A stretch of 64,000 bases of DNA from Escherichia coli (GTDB lineage Bacteria; Pseudomonadota; Gammaproteobacteria; Enterobacterales; Enterobacteriaceae), in NCBI RefSeq assembly GCF_003018255.1, contig NZ_CP027440.1; one strand, given 5' to 3'. Of the stretch, positions 46,044 to 62,395 are shown piece after piece. The translations under genes were made by a program, and so were the position numbers. How positions within the stretch are numbered: the first letter of the stretch is position 1; the number at the start of each line of letters is the position of its first letter. The notes under the pieces are model-generated. The model was not told the DNA's origin and did no database searches. It saw only the letters and a list, made by a program, of their open reading frames with translations.

Positions 46044-46679
46044 CTATTCCAGTTGCTGGAGTTCACCGCGCGGGGTTACTCGCCAACGATGCTGACAGAA
46101 ATAAAGCAGCGGATTGTCCTGATTACTGTCGCTATAGCCACTGTACAGCCGCAGCGGCGTGCCGATTTTGCGCTCCAGTTGTGCGACCTTTTCATGTCCC
46201 AGACAACGCATCGTCAATACCCAACCACCATAGCCACGCTGAATTTGGCTGGCGATAAGATTAACCCGCGGCAGCCAGGGCGTATCGAAATAAACCGCTT
46301 CAACCAGCGGCTGCGGAGAGCCGGTAATCAACCAGATATCAGCATCGGAACTTAACAGGTAGGTGGTTAATCGCTCCTGAACCAGCGGAAAGGCGGTAAC
46401 ATTGTCACGAAACCAGCGTACGAAATCGGCCTGCAACGCCTGCAAACGCGCTTCATTGTGACCAAAAGTGCATCCCCACAGAAGCAGACTCATCGGCCAG
46501 CGTGCCGCACGACCTTTTATCAATAACGCAATGGCTATGATCGGCAACAACGGCAGGACAAGTAACGCATTCAGCGGTTGGCGACGCAGTAAATAACGCA
46601 GAAAACTGCCGAACATATCCTGCTGATGCAATGTTCCATCTAAGTCAAAAAACACCACACGACGCTCGTGAGTTGCCAA
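46044..46679 (-). CDS. pgpC: phosphatidylglycerophosphatase C (HAD family)
   Basis: ORF track, 211 aa, MATHERRVVFFDLDGTLHQQD... (HAD DxDGT motif). Confidence 0.9.
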   Translation of the reverse strand: MATHERRVVFFDLDGTLHQQDMFGSFLRYLLRRQPLNALLVLPLLPIIAIALLIKGRAARWPMSLLLWGCTFGHNEARLQALQADFVRWFRDNVTAFPLVQERLTTYLLSSDADIWLITGSPQPLVEAVYFDTPWLPRVNLIASQIQRGYGGWVLTMRCLGHEKVAQLERKIGTPLRLYSGYSDSNQDNPLLYFCQHRWRVTPRGELQQLE

Positions 46680-46887
46680 ACCATACTCCTCTGGACTGAA
46701 ACATCCTGATTAATTTTCGCTACTACATAGCCTAACAGATAGATCATCACTTTTCCGGCAACAATCGAGCGCATCATGGCTAACTGGAATTTTTAATTCA
46801 TGGCAATTAGCGGCAATGGAATATAAAATTCACTCGCGTGTGTCTCATATTGCCTGTTGTCGCCACTATTTCATCGCGAGGAAAGAT

Positions 46888-47736
46888 ATGAACGGCTTAC
46901 TTCGTATCCGTCAGCGTTACCAGGGGCTTGCCCAAAGTGATAAAAAACTGGCGGATTATCTGCTGCTACAACCTGATACGGCGCGCCATTTAAGCTCTCA
47001 GCAACTGGCCAACGAAGCCGGAGTCAGTCAGTCCAGCGTCGTGAAGTTCGCGCAAAAACTCGGCTATAAAGGTTTTCCGGCACTTAAGTTGGCGTTGAGT
47101 GAAGCGCTGGCAAGCCAGCCGGAATCTCCCTCCGTGCCCATTCATAACCAAATCCGCGGTGATGATCCGTTACGGCTGGTCGGCGAAAAACTGATTAAAG
47201 AAAATACTGCCGCTATGTACGCAACGTTAAACGTTAATAGTGAAGAGAAACTGCATGAATGCGTGGCAATGTTGCGCTCTGCGCGGCGGATAATTCTGAC
47301 CGGTATTGGCGCTTCGGGTCTGGTGGCGCAAAACTTTGCCTGGAAGCTGATGAAGATTGGCTTCAATGCTGCCGCAGTGCGCGATATGCATGCGCTACTC
47401 GCTACAGTACAGGCGTCGTCCCCTGACGATCTGTTATTAGCCATTTCCTACACCGGTGTACGACGCGAGTTAAACCTGGCGGCAGATGAGATGCTGCGAG
47501 TGGGCGGAAAAGTGCTGGCGATTACCGGCTTTACTCCCAATGCCCTGCAACAGCGTGCTTCTCATTGCCTGTATACCATTGCCGAAGAACAAGCGACAAA
47601 CAGTGCTTCAATCTCTGCTTGTCACGCGCAGGGAATGTTAACGGATTTGCTGTTCATTGCGCTGATTCAGCAGGATCTGGAACTGGCTCCAGAACGTATT
47701 CGTCACAGTGAAGCGCTGGTGAAAAAACTGGTCTGA
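46888..47736 (+). CDS. yfhH: RpiR/MurR-family transcriptional regulator (HTH plus SIS domain)
   Basis: ORF track 46816..47736; start moved to ATG 46888 (MNGLLRIRQRYQGLAQSDKK...) behind a GAGGAAAG Shine-Dalgarno, 282 aa. Confidence 0.85.
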   Translation: MNGLLRIRQRYQGLAQSDKKLADYLLLQPDTARHLSSQQLANEAGVSQSSVVKFAQKLGYKGFPALKLALSEALASQPESPSVPIHNQIRGDDPLRLVGEKLIKENTAAMYATLNVNSEEKLHECVAMLRSARRIILTGIGASGLVAQNFAWKLMKIGFNAAAVRDMHALLATVQASSPDDLLLAISYTGVRRELNLAADEMLRVGGKVLAITGFTPNALQQRASHCLYTIAEEQATNSASISACHAQGMLTDLLFIALIQQDLELAPERIRHSEALVKKLV

Positions 47737-47755
47737 GTAAAGAATGCGCGTATAA

Positions 47756-48052
<297 letters not shown>

Positions 48053-48245
48053 TATTCTACCCTGGATGTAGAGTGTTAATTATTTTATAGAGAAACCTTA
48101 ACGCTATTATATTTATTTGATTGATGACATTAGCATAATTATTCACTAAGTTAATTTATATAGTATCTGCCCAGACACTTATTTATAGTTATTAAAGGCG
48201 CGTCCGACTGGTTCACCGGACGCACCTTAAGTACGTTTCCTTGTG

Positions 48246-48326
48246 TTATAAGAACAGAAGGATCAGCTGTAAAACAGCAATGATGATTTTGATAATCCGT
48301 TTAATCAGGTATCGGCAATCAGTCAT
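48246..48326 (-). CDS. shoB: type I toxin ShoB (26-aa hydrophobic peptide)
   Basis: Hand-translated minus-strand ORF: MTDCRYLIKRIIKIIIAVLQLILLFL; below the ORF-track size cutoff. Recognised as ShoB. Confidence 0.8.
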   Translation of the reverse strand: MTDCRYLIKRIIKIIIAVLQLILLFL

Positions 48327-48648
48327 TCGTTTTTCCTTAAACAAGGAATGCAGCCGTTCAGATTAGCCCTTACATCACCCCAAAACTGAACGTGCGAGTT
48401 ATTGGAATCGAGTGCTGCACTCCACACCAGAGCTTTGACGACACCACTCGTTTCAATGGGGGAATTCAGTGGCATGGTGTAAAGCACAGCAAAATTGCCA
48501 ATAACGAAACCGATTTTAATGTACTTATCAAAAAGCGGTCACGTTAATCTTTTTATCAATGTCGATTTCTTCGTAAAGGCTCGCGTTTTTTATGTCAGAG
48601 ATTGCAAGTTGCTTGTACAGGATAACGAAATTGATCCATAATCATTTC

Positions 48649-48726
48649 TGTTGGAATCGTGTGCTGCACAAAATTAAAGTTGTAAAGTGAAAACCCCCGT
48701 TCCTTACCAGTTCGGGGGTTTTACTT
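48649..48726 (+). ncRNA. ohsC: OhsC antitoxin sRNA (candidate boundaries)
   Basis: Plus-strand -10-like CATAAT (48637-48642) and terminator hairpin cccccg/cggggg plus TTTTACTT. Its 5' segment ttggaatcgtgtgctgcac (48651-48669) repeats ttggaatcgagtgctgcac (48402-48420) in the shoB 5' UTR region, giving 18 of 19 nt complementarity to the shoB mRNA. Ends inferred. Confidence 0.55.
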
Positions 48727-48747
48727 TATAAAGAGAACGGTATTTTT

Positions 48748-49128
48748 TTAACTTTCAATAATTACCGTGGCACAAGCATAGTGGCGTTCATCTGCCAGCG
48801 TTACATGCATATTTACAACGCCGAGCTTTTCCGCCAGTTTTAATGCCTCACCCCATAGCCGTAGCCGTGGTTTGCCGAGCTCATCATTGAATACTTCAAA
48901 TTGATTAAACGCCAGACCATTGCGGATCCCGGTGCCAAACGCTTTTGCCGCCGCTTCTTTCACAGCAAAACGCTTCGCCAGAAAACGCACCGGCTGGTGG
49001 TGCGTTTTCCAGATTGCCCATTCGTTATCGCTTAATACGCGGCGTGCCAGGCGCTCACCGGATCGGGCGATCACCGCTTCTATGCGAGCGATCTCCACAA
49101 TATCCGTACCTAAACCTAATATTGCCAT
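48748..49128 (-). CDS. acpS: holo-[acyl-carrier-protein] synthase
   Basis: ORF track, 126 aa, [19 protein letters not shown]... Confidence 0.96.
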
Positions 49129-49859
49129 TAGCCACGCGCTTCCAGCATCAGACGCTTCATTTCTGCCACCGCATCTTTCAGTCCGGTCATCACTGCACGA
49201 CCAATAATGGCATGACCGATATTCAGTTCATGCATCTCAGGGATGGCGGCAATAGCTTTCACGTTGTGATAGGTCAGACCGTGACCAGCGTTAACTTTCA
49301 GACCGAGACTAGCGGCAAAGGTCGCGGCTTTGGCGATACGCGCCAGCTCTTGCGCCTGTTCGGCGTCAGTTTTGGCATCAGCATAGCAACCGGTGTGGAT
49401 CTCGATAAACGGTGCGCCAACCTCTGCCGCAGCTTTGATCTGCTCTTCATCGGCGTCGATAAACAGAGAAACCGGGATCCCGGCCTCCGCCAGACGTTTA
49501 CAGGCATCGCGCATTTTGTCACGCTGCCCTGCGACGTCCAGGCCGCCTTCGGTTGTTACTTCCTGACGCTTTTCCGGTACCAGACAGCAAAAATGTGGCT
49601 TCGTCTCAACGGCGATCGCCAGCATCTCTTCGGTCACCGCCATCTCCAGATTCATGCGGGTATCCAGCGTCTGACGCAGGATGCGCACATCGCGGTCAGT
49701 AATGTGGCGGCGATCTTCACGTAAATGCACGGTAATGCCGTCCGCTCCCGCCTGCTCAGCAATAAACGCCGCCTGCACCGGATCCGGGTAAGCAGTACCG
49801 CGTGCGTTACGCAGCGTTGCAATATGGTCAATGTTGACGCCTAACAGTAATTCAGCCAT
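49128..49859 (-). CDS. pdxJ: pyridoxine 5'-phosphate synthase
   Basis: ORF track 49128..49874; start at [21 protein letters not shown]..., 243 aa. Confidence 0.95.
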
Positions 49860-49870
49860 GACAATCCTCA

Positions 49871-50599
49871 TCATTCATAATGTGTTTTCACCGTTCGCTT
49901 AGGCATAAACTGCCGGAACAGTTCCCTGCTCTTTAATGGTTTACCGCCAAGATACGGCTTAAGCGCCATGCGGGTAAAGCGTTTCGCGGCGCGCAGTGTG
50001 TCTGCGTCAGGAAATTCCCGCGCGTTTAACGCTTTTAACTGCCTTCCGGTGAACGTTTTATTGTCGATAACGACGCTTGCGATAAACCCTTTTTCTTCGC
50101 GATAACGATACGTCATGGTGTCATCTACCGGCTCGCCGCTACCCGCACAATGGGTAAAATTGACGCCATAGCCCAGATGCCCGAGCAGTGCCAGTTCAAA
50201 GCGACGCAGCGCGGGTTCTGGCGTACCAGTGGCACCTGCAAGTGACTGAATGCAGTGCAAGTAATCGAAAAAGAGTTCAGAGAAGCGCGTCTCGTATTCC
50301 AGTACGCGGGAGAGAAGTTCGTTGATGTACAGACCGCTGTAAAGCGTGATACCGCTTAATGGCAGCGCCAGCGAGACAGCTTCAGCACTGCGCAGTGTTT
50401 TGACTTCACCACGCCCACCGAAGCGAAGCAAGAGAGGGGTGAAAGGTTGTAATGCACCTTTCAGAGTAGAGCGTTTAGAGCGTGCGCCTTTGGCAACCAG
50501 ACGCACGCGACCCGATTCCTCCGTGAAGACGTCCAGCATCAGGCTGGTTTCGCTCCACGGGCGACTATGCAGGACAAATGCGCGCTGCCAGCCTTCCAT
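49871..50599 (-). CDS. recO: DNA repair protein RecO
   Basis: ORF track, 242 aa, [20 protein letters not shown]... Confidence 0.95.
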
Positions 50600-50610
50600 C
50601 GGAGTTACTC

Positions 50611-52223
<1,613 letters not shown>

Positions 52224-52226
52224 TCA

Positions 52227-52320
52227 GCACACGAAACAGACCTGATATACATGGCTCGGCTAACTGCTTCACTGCAGTTTCAGTTTACCGGTATATGGGG
52301 ACCAACGCTGTTTCGTGTGC
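52227..52320 (-). promoter_or_regulatory. rnc 5' leader long stem-loop (candidate RNase III autoregulatory site)
   Basis: gcacacgaaacag (52227-52239) and ctgtttcgtgtgc (52308-52320) are perfect inverted repeats about 70 nt apart in the rnc leader. Confidence 0.55.
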
Positions 52321-52419
52321 CGTGGCAACCTAGAGGTGCCAACCTTAAACTTCGGGGGAATATTCTATACACAACGACGGGGGATGTCGTTAGCCACGGG
52401 AGATTTATCTCATAAATAA

Positions 52420-52452
52420 TTCACGTTGTCGCCATAACGGCGACAACGTGAA
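52420..52452 (-). terminator. hairpin just downstream of lepB (candidate terminator or attenuator before rnc)
   Basis: Perfect 14-bp stem ttcacgttgtcgcc/ggcgacaacgtgaa with loop ataac; minus strand continues with ATTATTTAT. Confidence 0.5.
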
Positions 52453-52464
52453 CGAAGATGGCTA

Positions 52465-53439
52465 TTAATGGATACCGCCAATGCGACTTAAGCGCACACC
52501 AGTCGGCCATTCGCCTTCTTGCTTATCGAAGCTCATCCAGATAGCCGTTGCCCGACCGACCAGATTCGCTTCAGGCACAAAGCCCCAGTAACGGCTGTCC
52601 GCGCTGTTGTCGCGGTTGTCGCCCATCATGAAGTATTGTCCCGGCGGAACAATCCAGGTTGCCAGTTGTTGCCCTGGCTGCTGGTAATACATCCCCACCT
52701 GGTCCTGCGCAATCGGCACTGTCAGAATGCGGTGCGTCACATCACCCAATGTCTCTTTACGCTCGGAAAGACGAATTCCATTTTCTTTGGTTTCGTTTTT
52801 CGGCACTTCAAAGAATCCGCTGGTCGCTTCCCCACCATTACGGCGTGAGAAGGTCTGAACGAAATCGCTCGGTTCCACGTTGGAGTAAGTGACCGGTAGC
52901 GCGTTTTCGCACGCCTGGCCGGAACTGCATCCCGGTTGAATCGTCAGCTCTTTTGAGACCGGATCATAAGTGACTTTATCGCCCGGCAAACCCACCGCGC
53001 GCTTGATGTAATCAAGCTTTGGATCTTCCGGATATTTAAAGACCACGATATCGCCGCGTTTCGGATGACCGGTTTCGATCAGCGTTTTCTGGTAGATAGG
53101 ATCTTTAATGCCATAAGCAAACTTCTCTACCAGAATAAAATCACCGATTAACAGAGTCGGCATCATCGAACCTGACGGGATCTGGAACGGTTCATAAATA
53201 AACGAACGCACAATCAATACGATAGCCAGCACCGGAAAAACAGAAGCACCGGTTTCCAGCCAGCCAGGCTTCGGCGCAACTTTCTTCAGCGTTGCTTTAT
53301 CCAGTGAGTCACCGGCAGCCGCCTGCGCCGCTGCCTGACGTTCCCGCCGTTTAGGTGCGAAAAAGAATTTATCCACGCACCATAAAATGCCCGTCACCAG
53401 TGTGGCAATCACCAGAATCAGGGCAAACATATTCGCCAT
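52465..53439 (-). CDS. lepB: signal peptidase I (leader peptidase)
   Basis: ORF track, 324 aa, MANMFALILVIATLVTGILW...; catalytic Ser region PSGSMMPTL. Confidence 0.97.
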   Translation of the reverse strand: MANMFALILVIATLVTGILWCVDKFFFAPKRRERQAAAQAAAGDSLDKATLKKVAPKPGWLETGASVFPVLAIVLIVRSFIYEPFQIPSGSMMPTLLIGDFILVEKFAYGIKDPIYQKTLIETGHPKRGDIVVFKYPEDPKLDYIKRAVGLPGDKVTYDPVSKELTIQPGCSSGQACENALPVTYSNVEPSDFVQTFSRRNGGEATSGFFEVPKNETKENGIRLSERKETLGDVTHRILTVPIAQDQVGMYYQQPGQQLATWIVPPGQYFMMGDNRDNSADSRYWGFVPEANLVGRATAIWMSFDKQEGEWPTGVRLSRIGGIH

Positions 53440-53454
53440 GCCAACTCCTAAGGG

Positions 53455-55254
<1,800 letters not shown>

Positions 55255-55451
55255 AAAGTATGATTATTGTGCCTTAATGCCCGGTTAACCAGGCTTTTAG
55301 AAGTCGCTGTTCTGAGCTTAACGTCTGTATTAATAGAAACGCCGCATTCTACACTACAACATTGAGGCGAGGAAATGTTCATACCGTATGGATTGTGGTA
55401 TCTGGAAACGTCCTCGCATTTGTTATGCAAAATGCAACAAAGCCAGTGAAA

Positions 55452-55931
55452 TCACTGGCTCGCGTCTTCCGAAGATGTTTCAAATCGCACAAGGCCAGGC
55501 GGCAAGGCCACGCTTAAGATGATCGGTTGCCATTCAGACCGGGCAGCAAACTTTCGAGAGCAGCCACGTGCAATCAGGAATCCACCAACGCCACCGAGAA
55601 TCGCACCGCATAATGCTGCAATATCTGAAGCAAAGAGTAGCTGAAATAGTGAAGCGATGAGGAATAGTCCCACCAACGGCGACATATAAACCAGTAATGC
55701 GGAGCTAAGCAGGCTGCCTTCGGCGATTCCTAATTCTACTTTTTGCCCCGGCACTAACGGCTCATCACAGGGTACGACAATGGTATGCGTGGTTTGCGGG
55801 CCAAGTTTATTCAACACGCGGCTACCGCAACCGGCACGTGAAGCGCAGCTGCTGCATGAGGCTTTAACATCACAACTAACCAGCGCCTGCCCGTTTTCCC
55901 AGGAGACGACGGTAGCCCACTCTTTGATCAT
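55452..55931 (-). CDS. rseC: sigma-E regulatory protein RseC
   Basis: ORF track, 159 aa, MIKEWATVVSWENGQALV... Confidence 0.93.
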   Translation of the reverse strand: MIKEWATVVSWENGQALVSCDVKASCSSCASRAGCGSRVLNKLGPQTTHTIVVPCDEPLVPGQKVELGIAEGSLLSSALLVYMSPLVGLFLIASLFQLLFASDIAALCGAILGGVGGFLIARGCSRKFAARSEWQPIILSVALPPGLVRFETSSEDASQ

Positions 55932-56884
55932 TGCGCTGCCCCGAACTTAATATTCTCGGCAATGCGTTTCGCCGTTTGCGGCGGCAGTTCACCGACAATG
56001 GTGATTTCGGCGTTATCACGTACGCTTGTACTGACGGTTCTGCGCCCGGTGCGCAACATCTGATCGGTGCTCGATGGCGTAGCGCGGTTAACGTTTACCG
56101 AGAAGCTGAATAATCCGTCGGAATAGAGACGTGATTCGATAGGCATGTTGTCCATCGTCGGTAGCGGACGTCGACTACTGGAAACTTCGCTAAAACCCTG
56201 TGGCAACCAGGTTGGCGTCCAGCTGAATTTAGCTTTTTCACCTACAGGAACAGAAAGCAACGGCGGCAAATTTGCCTTCGCCAGCGTCTGCATACTGCTG
56301 CTGATATCCTGATTGACATTAAAAGCAATCACGCGAAATTGTTCCAGCGTTTCACCATCGCGATCAAGGAGATCAACCCGCATCGGTAATTTCGATTCGG
56401 TGTCCATCCACACGATGTAGCTGTAGCGTGTACCATCTCGGGCAACCACACGAATGACTTCGCAAAGACGATCAGCAATACGCGTGCGCCCGACGGAGAT
56501 AAAGTCGTAGTAAGGAGAAAGGCGTTTGAAATCGGTATAGATGAGCGATGGTAGAGAATCAACAATGTAATCGCCATTAAGCGTGAACGGTTCAAGTCCC
56601 GGTTCAAAATAGCTGATTTCATTGCCGCGCTGTACCACTTCCCGGCGCGGGCCATCCATTTGCAACAATTGTGCAAGAGGACGGTTATCGAGGCGTGCAT
56701 GTCGATAACGCAGAGACTCAACACCCTGTTTATTGATGCTGATGAATGACAGCTCGTAATTCAGTGACTGACTGGCCAGGTTCATCTGCTGTAATAACGC
56801 CCCGGACGCGGGAGTGGCCGAGGCGTTAGCAGAGAATAACAGGCTACCTGTCACTAATGACATGGCAAACCAAAGTTGCTTCAT
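55928..56884 (-). CDS. rseB: sigma-E regulatory protein RseB (periplasmic)
   Basis: ORF track, 318 aa, signal peptide MKQLWFAMSLVTGSLLFSANASA. Confidence 0.95.
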   Translation of the reverse strand: MKQLWFAMSLVTGSLLFSANASATPASGALLQQMNLASQSLNYELSFISINKQGVESLRYRHARLDNRPLAQLLQMDGPRREVVQRGNEISYFEPGLEPFTLNGDYIVDSLPSLIYTDFKRLSPYYDFISVGRTRIADRLCEVIRVVARDGTRYSYIVWMDTESKLPMRVDLLDRDGETLEQFRVIAFNVNQDISSSMQTLAKANLPPLLSVPVGEKAKFSWTPTWLPQGFSEVSSSRRPLPTMDNMPIESRLYSDGLFSFSVNVNRATPSSTDQMLRTGRRTVSTSVRDNAEITIVGELPPQTAKRIAENIKFGAAQ

Positions 56885-57534
56885 TACTGCGATTGCGTTC
56901 CTAAAGTTTGAATTCCTGGCACCTGTACAGCGGCTTGCTGAGTTTGCGCCTGCTCAAACTGAAGCTGTTCAGAGTGGAGTCGGCGTTGCAGTTCGTAATC
57001 CTGCAACATTGCATTAATGCGACGACGCTGCTCCTGTACCTGCTGCTGTTGACCATTGTTTGCGGTCGCTTCAGAAGGTACTCCCAGGCTTACCGGGCTG
57101 GCTTTACCCATCATCGGCAGTGTATTAAATACCGGCGTTTCGGGCTGCTGGGACGTTTCAGATTGTCCATTATAGTGCTGGACGCCAACGATAACTGCAA
57201 GCGATACGCATGCGGCTACGCCCATTTGGGTAAGCTGTGCCGCCCACGGACGTACTTTCTGCCAGAATGGCATTTTCTGCCATTGATGCGGCGCAGGCTG
57301 GGCTTCCGGGATCAATGTCGCCGGTTGACGTACTGGCTCTTCTTCAATGGCGGCCATCACGCGTGAAGAGATATCGAAATGGAGCACCTCGGGAGTATCA
57401 CCCCGCATTGAGTCACGGATTAAGTGATAGCTTTCCCAGGTTTTCTGCATTTCTGGGTTATGAGCCAGTTCGTTAAGCAGCTCACTATCCAGCGTTTCGC
57501 CATCCATTAAAGCGGAAAGTTGTTCTTTCTGCAT
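56884..57534 (-). CDS. rseA: anti-sigma-E factor RseA
   Basis: ORF track 56884..57570; start at MQKEQLSALMDGETLDSELL..., 216 aa; single TM segment. Confidence 0.95.
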   Translation of the reverse strand: MQKEQLSALMDGETLDSELLNELAHNPEMQKTWESYHLIRDSMRGDTPEVLHFDISSRVMAAIEEEPVRQPATLIPEAQPAPHQWQKMPFWQKVRPWAAQLTQMGVAACVSLAVIVGVQHYNGQSETSQQPETPVFNTLPMMGKASPVSLGVPSEATANNGQQQQVQEQRRRINAMLQDYELQRRLHSEQLQFEQAQTQQAAVQVPGIQTLGTQSQ

Positions 57535-57566
57535 GCCTAATACCCTTATCCAGTATCCCGCTATCG

Positions 57567-58142
57567 TCAACGCCTGATAAGCGGTTGAACTTTGTTATCA
57601 ATAGCTTCCCTCGCTCGGAAGATACGTGAACGCACCGTACCTACCGGACAATCCATGATAGCGGCTATCTCTTCATAGCTCAGGCCATCCAGCTCCCGCA
57701 AGGTTATTGCCATGCGTAAATCTTCCGGGAGGGACTCAATAGTTCGGAAAACTATCTGTCTCAGTTCTTCTGACAACATTAAGTTCTCAGGGTTCGAAAT
57801 TTCTTTCAACGCGCCGCCACTTTCGAAGTTTTCAGCTTCAATGGCATCCACATCACTGGAAGGTGGACGACGCCCCTGAGCAACCAGGTAATTTTTCGCT
57901 GTATTTACAGCAATCCGATACAGCCATGTATAAAAAGCGCTATCTCCCCGGAACGAATCCAGCGCACGATAGGCTTTAATAAAAGCTTCTTGTACCACAT
58001 CGGGAACATCACCCGACGGCACATAGCGGGAAACCAGACTCGCCACTTTATGCTGATAGCGCACTACCAGTAAGTTAAAGGCTTTCTGATCTCCCTTCTG
58101 GACCCGTTCAACCAGGACCTGGTCCGTTAACTGCTCGCTCAT
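57567..58142 (-). CDS. rpoE: RNA polymerase sigma-E factor (ECF sigma-24)
   Basis: ORF track 57567..58175; start at MSEQLTDQVLVERVQKGDQKAF..., 191 aa. Confidence 0.96.
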   Translation of the reverse strand: MSEQLTDQVLVERVQKGDQKAFNLLVVRYQHKVASLVSRYVPSGDVPDVVQEAFIKAYRALDSFRGDSAFYTWLYRIAVNTAKNYLVAQGRRPPSSDVDAIEAENFESGGALKEISNPENLMLSEELRQIVFRTIESLPEDLRMAITLRELDGLSYEEIAAIMDCPVGTVRSRIFRAREAIDNKVQPLIRR

Positions 58143-58224
58143 CCGAGGTAAAGTCTCCCCAAACCAAATTTCCACGCGCTATCGAAACGCCACTCCATTA
58201 GCTGCAATTTGAGCAAGCAAAGGG

Positions 58225-58252
58225 TTAGAGTGTCTCGTTTTTGTAAAGTTCC
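58225..58252 (-). promoter_or_regulatory. sigma-E-dependent promoter of rpoE (autoregulated)
   Basis: Minus-strand GGAACTT, 16-nt spacer, TCTAA (cGGAACTTtacaaaaacgagacacTCTAAc), about 80 bp upstream of the rpoE ATG. Confidence 0.7.
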
Positions 58253-58525
58253 GTAACGCATCTGTTTTTGTTTGTCATGCTGTAGACGGATCATTATCTA
58301 TCATTATAAGTCTACAGAATCTGAACATCGCATTATCTGTGTAGAAATGCCCATTTAACTGCCTGAAGAGTAACCCAACGGCCTTTTTATTTCACCACCT
58401 AATCCTCCACCAGCCAGTAACTTCTCTTTTTCTCGCCGCCCTGAGTCAGCGTGTTTAGTCACTGTAACAAATATTAAAATAGCAGGTGTTTAATCGCACA
58501 ACATGATGCTATGCTGACCAAACCA

Positions 58526-60894
<2,369 letters not shown>

Positions 60895-61025
60895 GAAAAT
60901 AAAACCTTGCAGGAAAAACGGCGATAGCACCGGGTGAGAACAATACCCGAGAAGCGATATCCATACAAACAGATGAAGATTGCAGCCGTAACGTCTATAA
61001 TCAGCGCCCCACACAGAGGTAGAAC

Positions 61026-62360
61026 ATGACTGTAACGACTTTTTCCGAACTTGAACTCGACGAAAGCCTGCTGGAAGCCCTCCAGGATAAAGGTTTCACT
61101 CGCCCGACCGCCATTCAGGCTGCCGCCATTCCGCCTGCGCTCGATGGCCGTGATGTACTCGGTTCTGCGCCGACAGGCACCGGTAAAACGGCGGCGTATC
61201 TGCTGCCAGCGTTGCAGCACCTGCTCGATTTCCCACGTAAGAAATCCGGTCCGCCGCGTATTTTGATCCTCACCCCAACTCGCGAGCTGGCGATGCAGGT
61301 GGCCGATCATGCCCGCGAACTGGCGAAACATACGCATCTGGATATTGCCACCATCACCGGCGGCGTAGCCTATATGAACCACGCGGAAGTGTTCAGCGAA
61401 AATCAGGACATCGTGGTCGCCACGACCGGACGTCTGCTGCAATACATAAAAGAAGAGAACTTCGATTGCCGCGCGGTTGAAACGCTGATCCTCGACGAAG
61501 CAGACCGTATGCTGGATATGGGCTTCGCCCAGGATATCGAACATATTGCTGGCGAAACGCGCTGGCGTAAACAGACCCTGCTCTTTTCGGCAACTCTGGA
61601 AGGCGATGCGATTCAGGACTTTGCCGAGCGTCTGCTGGAAGATCCGGTGGAGGTTTCTGCCAATCCGTCCACCCGTGAGCGCAAAAAAATTCATCAGTGG
61701 TATTACCGCGCCGATGATCTTGAGCATAAAACCGCGTTGCTGGTGCATCTGTTAAAACAGCCGGAAGCGACCCGCTCAATTGTGTTTGTGCGTAAGCGTG
61801 AGCGTGTGCATGAGCTGGCAAACTGGCTGCGCGAAGCAGGCATCAACAACTGCTATCTCGAAGGTGAGATGGTACAAGGCAAGCGTAACGAAGCGATTAA
61901 ACGCTTGACCGAAGGCCGCGTAAACGTACTGGTTGCTACCGATGTTGCCGCGCGCGGTATCGACATTCCTGACGTCAGCCACGTCTTTAACTTCGATATG
62001 CCGCGCAGTGGCGATACTTATTTGCACCGTATCGGACGTACCGCGCGCGCCGGTCGTAAAGGCACCGCGATTTCGCTGGTGGAAGCCCATGACCATCTGC
62101 TGCTGGGCAAAGTTGGCCGTTATATTGAAGAGCCAATTAAAGCTCGCGTAATTGATGAGTTACGTCCGAAAACGCGTGCGCCAAGCGAGAAGCAGACCGG
62201 CAAGCCATCGAAGAAAGTGTTGGCTAAACGTGCCGAGAAGAAAAAAGCTAAAGAGAAAGAGAAGCCGCGGGTGAAAAAACGCCATCGCGACACTAAAAAT
62301 ATTGGTAAGCGCCGTAAACCAAGCGGAACGGGCGTGCCACCGCAAACGACAGAAGAGTAA
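61026..62360 (+). CDS. srmB: ATP-dependent DEAD-box RNA helicase SrmB
   Basis: ORF track, 444 aa; Q-motif, Walker [13 protein letters not shown] box (ILDEAD), [11 protein letters not shown]; basic C-terminal tail. Confidence 0.96.
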   Translation: MTVTTFSELELDESLLEALQDKGFTRPTAIQAAAIPPALDGRDVLGSAPTGTGKTAAYLLPALQHLLDFPRKKSGPPRILILTPTRELAMQVADHARELAKHTHLDIATITGGVAYMNHAEVFSENQDIVVATTGRLLQYIKEENFDCRAVETLILDEADRMLDMGFAQDIEHIAGETRWRKQTLLFSATLEGDAIQDFAERLLEDPVEVSANPSTRERKKIHQWYYRADDLEHKTALLVHLLKQPEATRSIVFVRKRERVHELANWLREAGINNCYLEGEMVQGKRNEAIKRLTEGRVNVLVATDVAARGIDIPDVSHVFNFDMPRSGDTYLHRIGRTARAGRKGTAISLVEAHDHLLLGKVGRYIEEPIKARVIDELRPKTRAPSEKQTGKPSKKVLAKRAEKKKAKEKEKPRVKKRHRDTKNIGKRRKPSGTGVPPQTTEE

Positions 62361-62365
62361 TCTCA

Positions 62366-62395
62366 ATGCCGGGTTTAAGCCCGGCATTGTTTTTA
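62366..62395 (+). terminator. rho-independent terminator of srmB (T-tract overlaps yfiE stop codon)
   Basis: Stem atgccgggttt/aagcccggcat followed by tgttttta. Confidence 0.7.

Noticed and set aside
61393-62096. Minus-strand ORFs antisense to srmB (142 aa and 106 aa)
   Set aside because: Antisense to a conserved DEAD-box helicase gene with no start signals.
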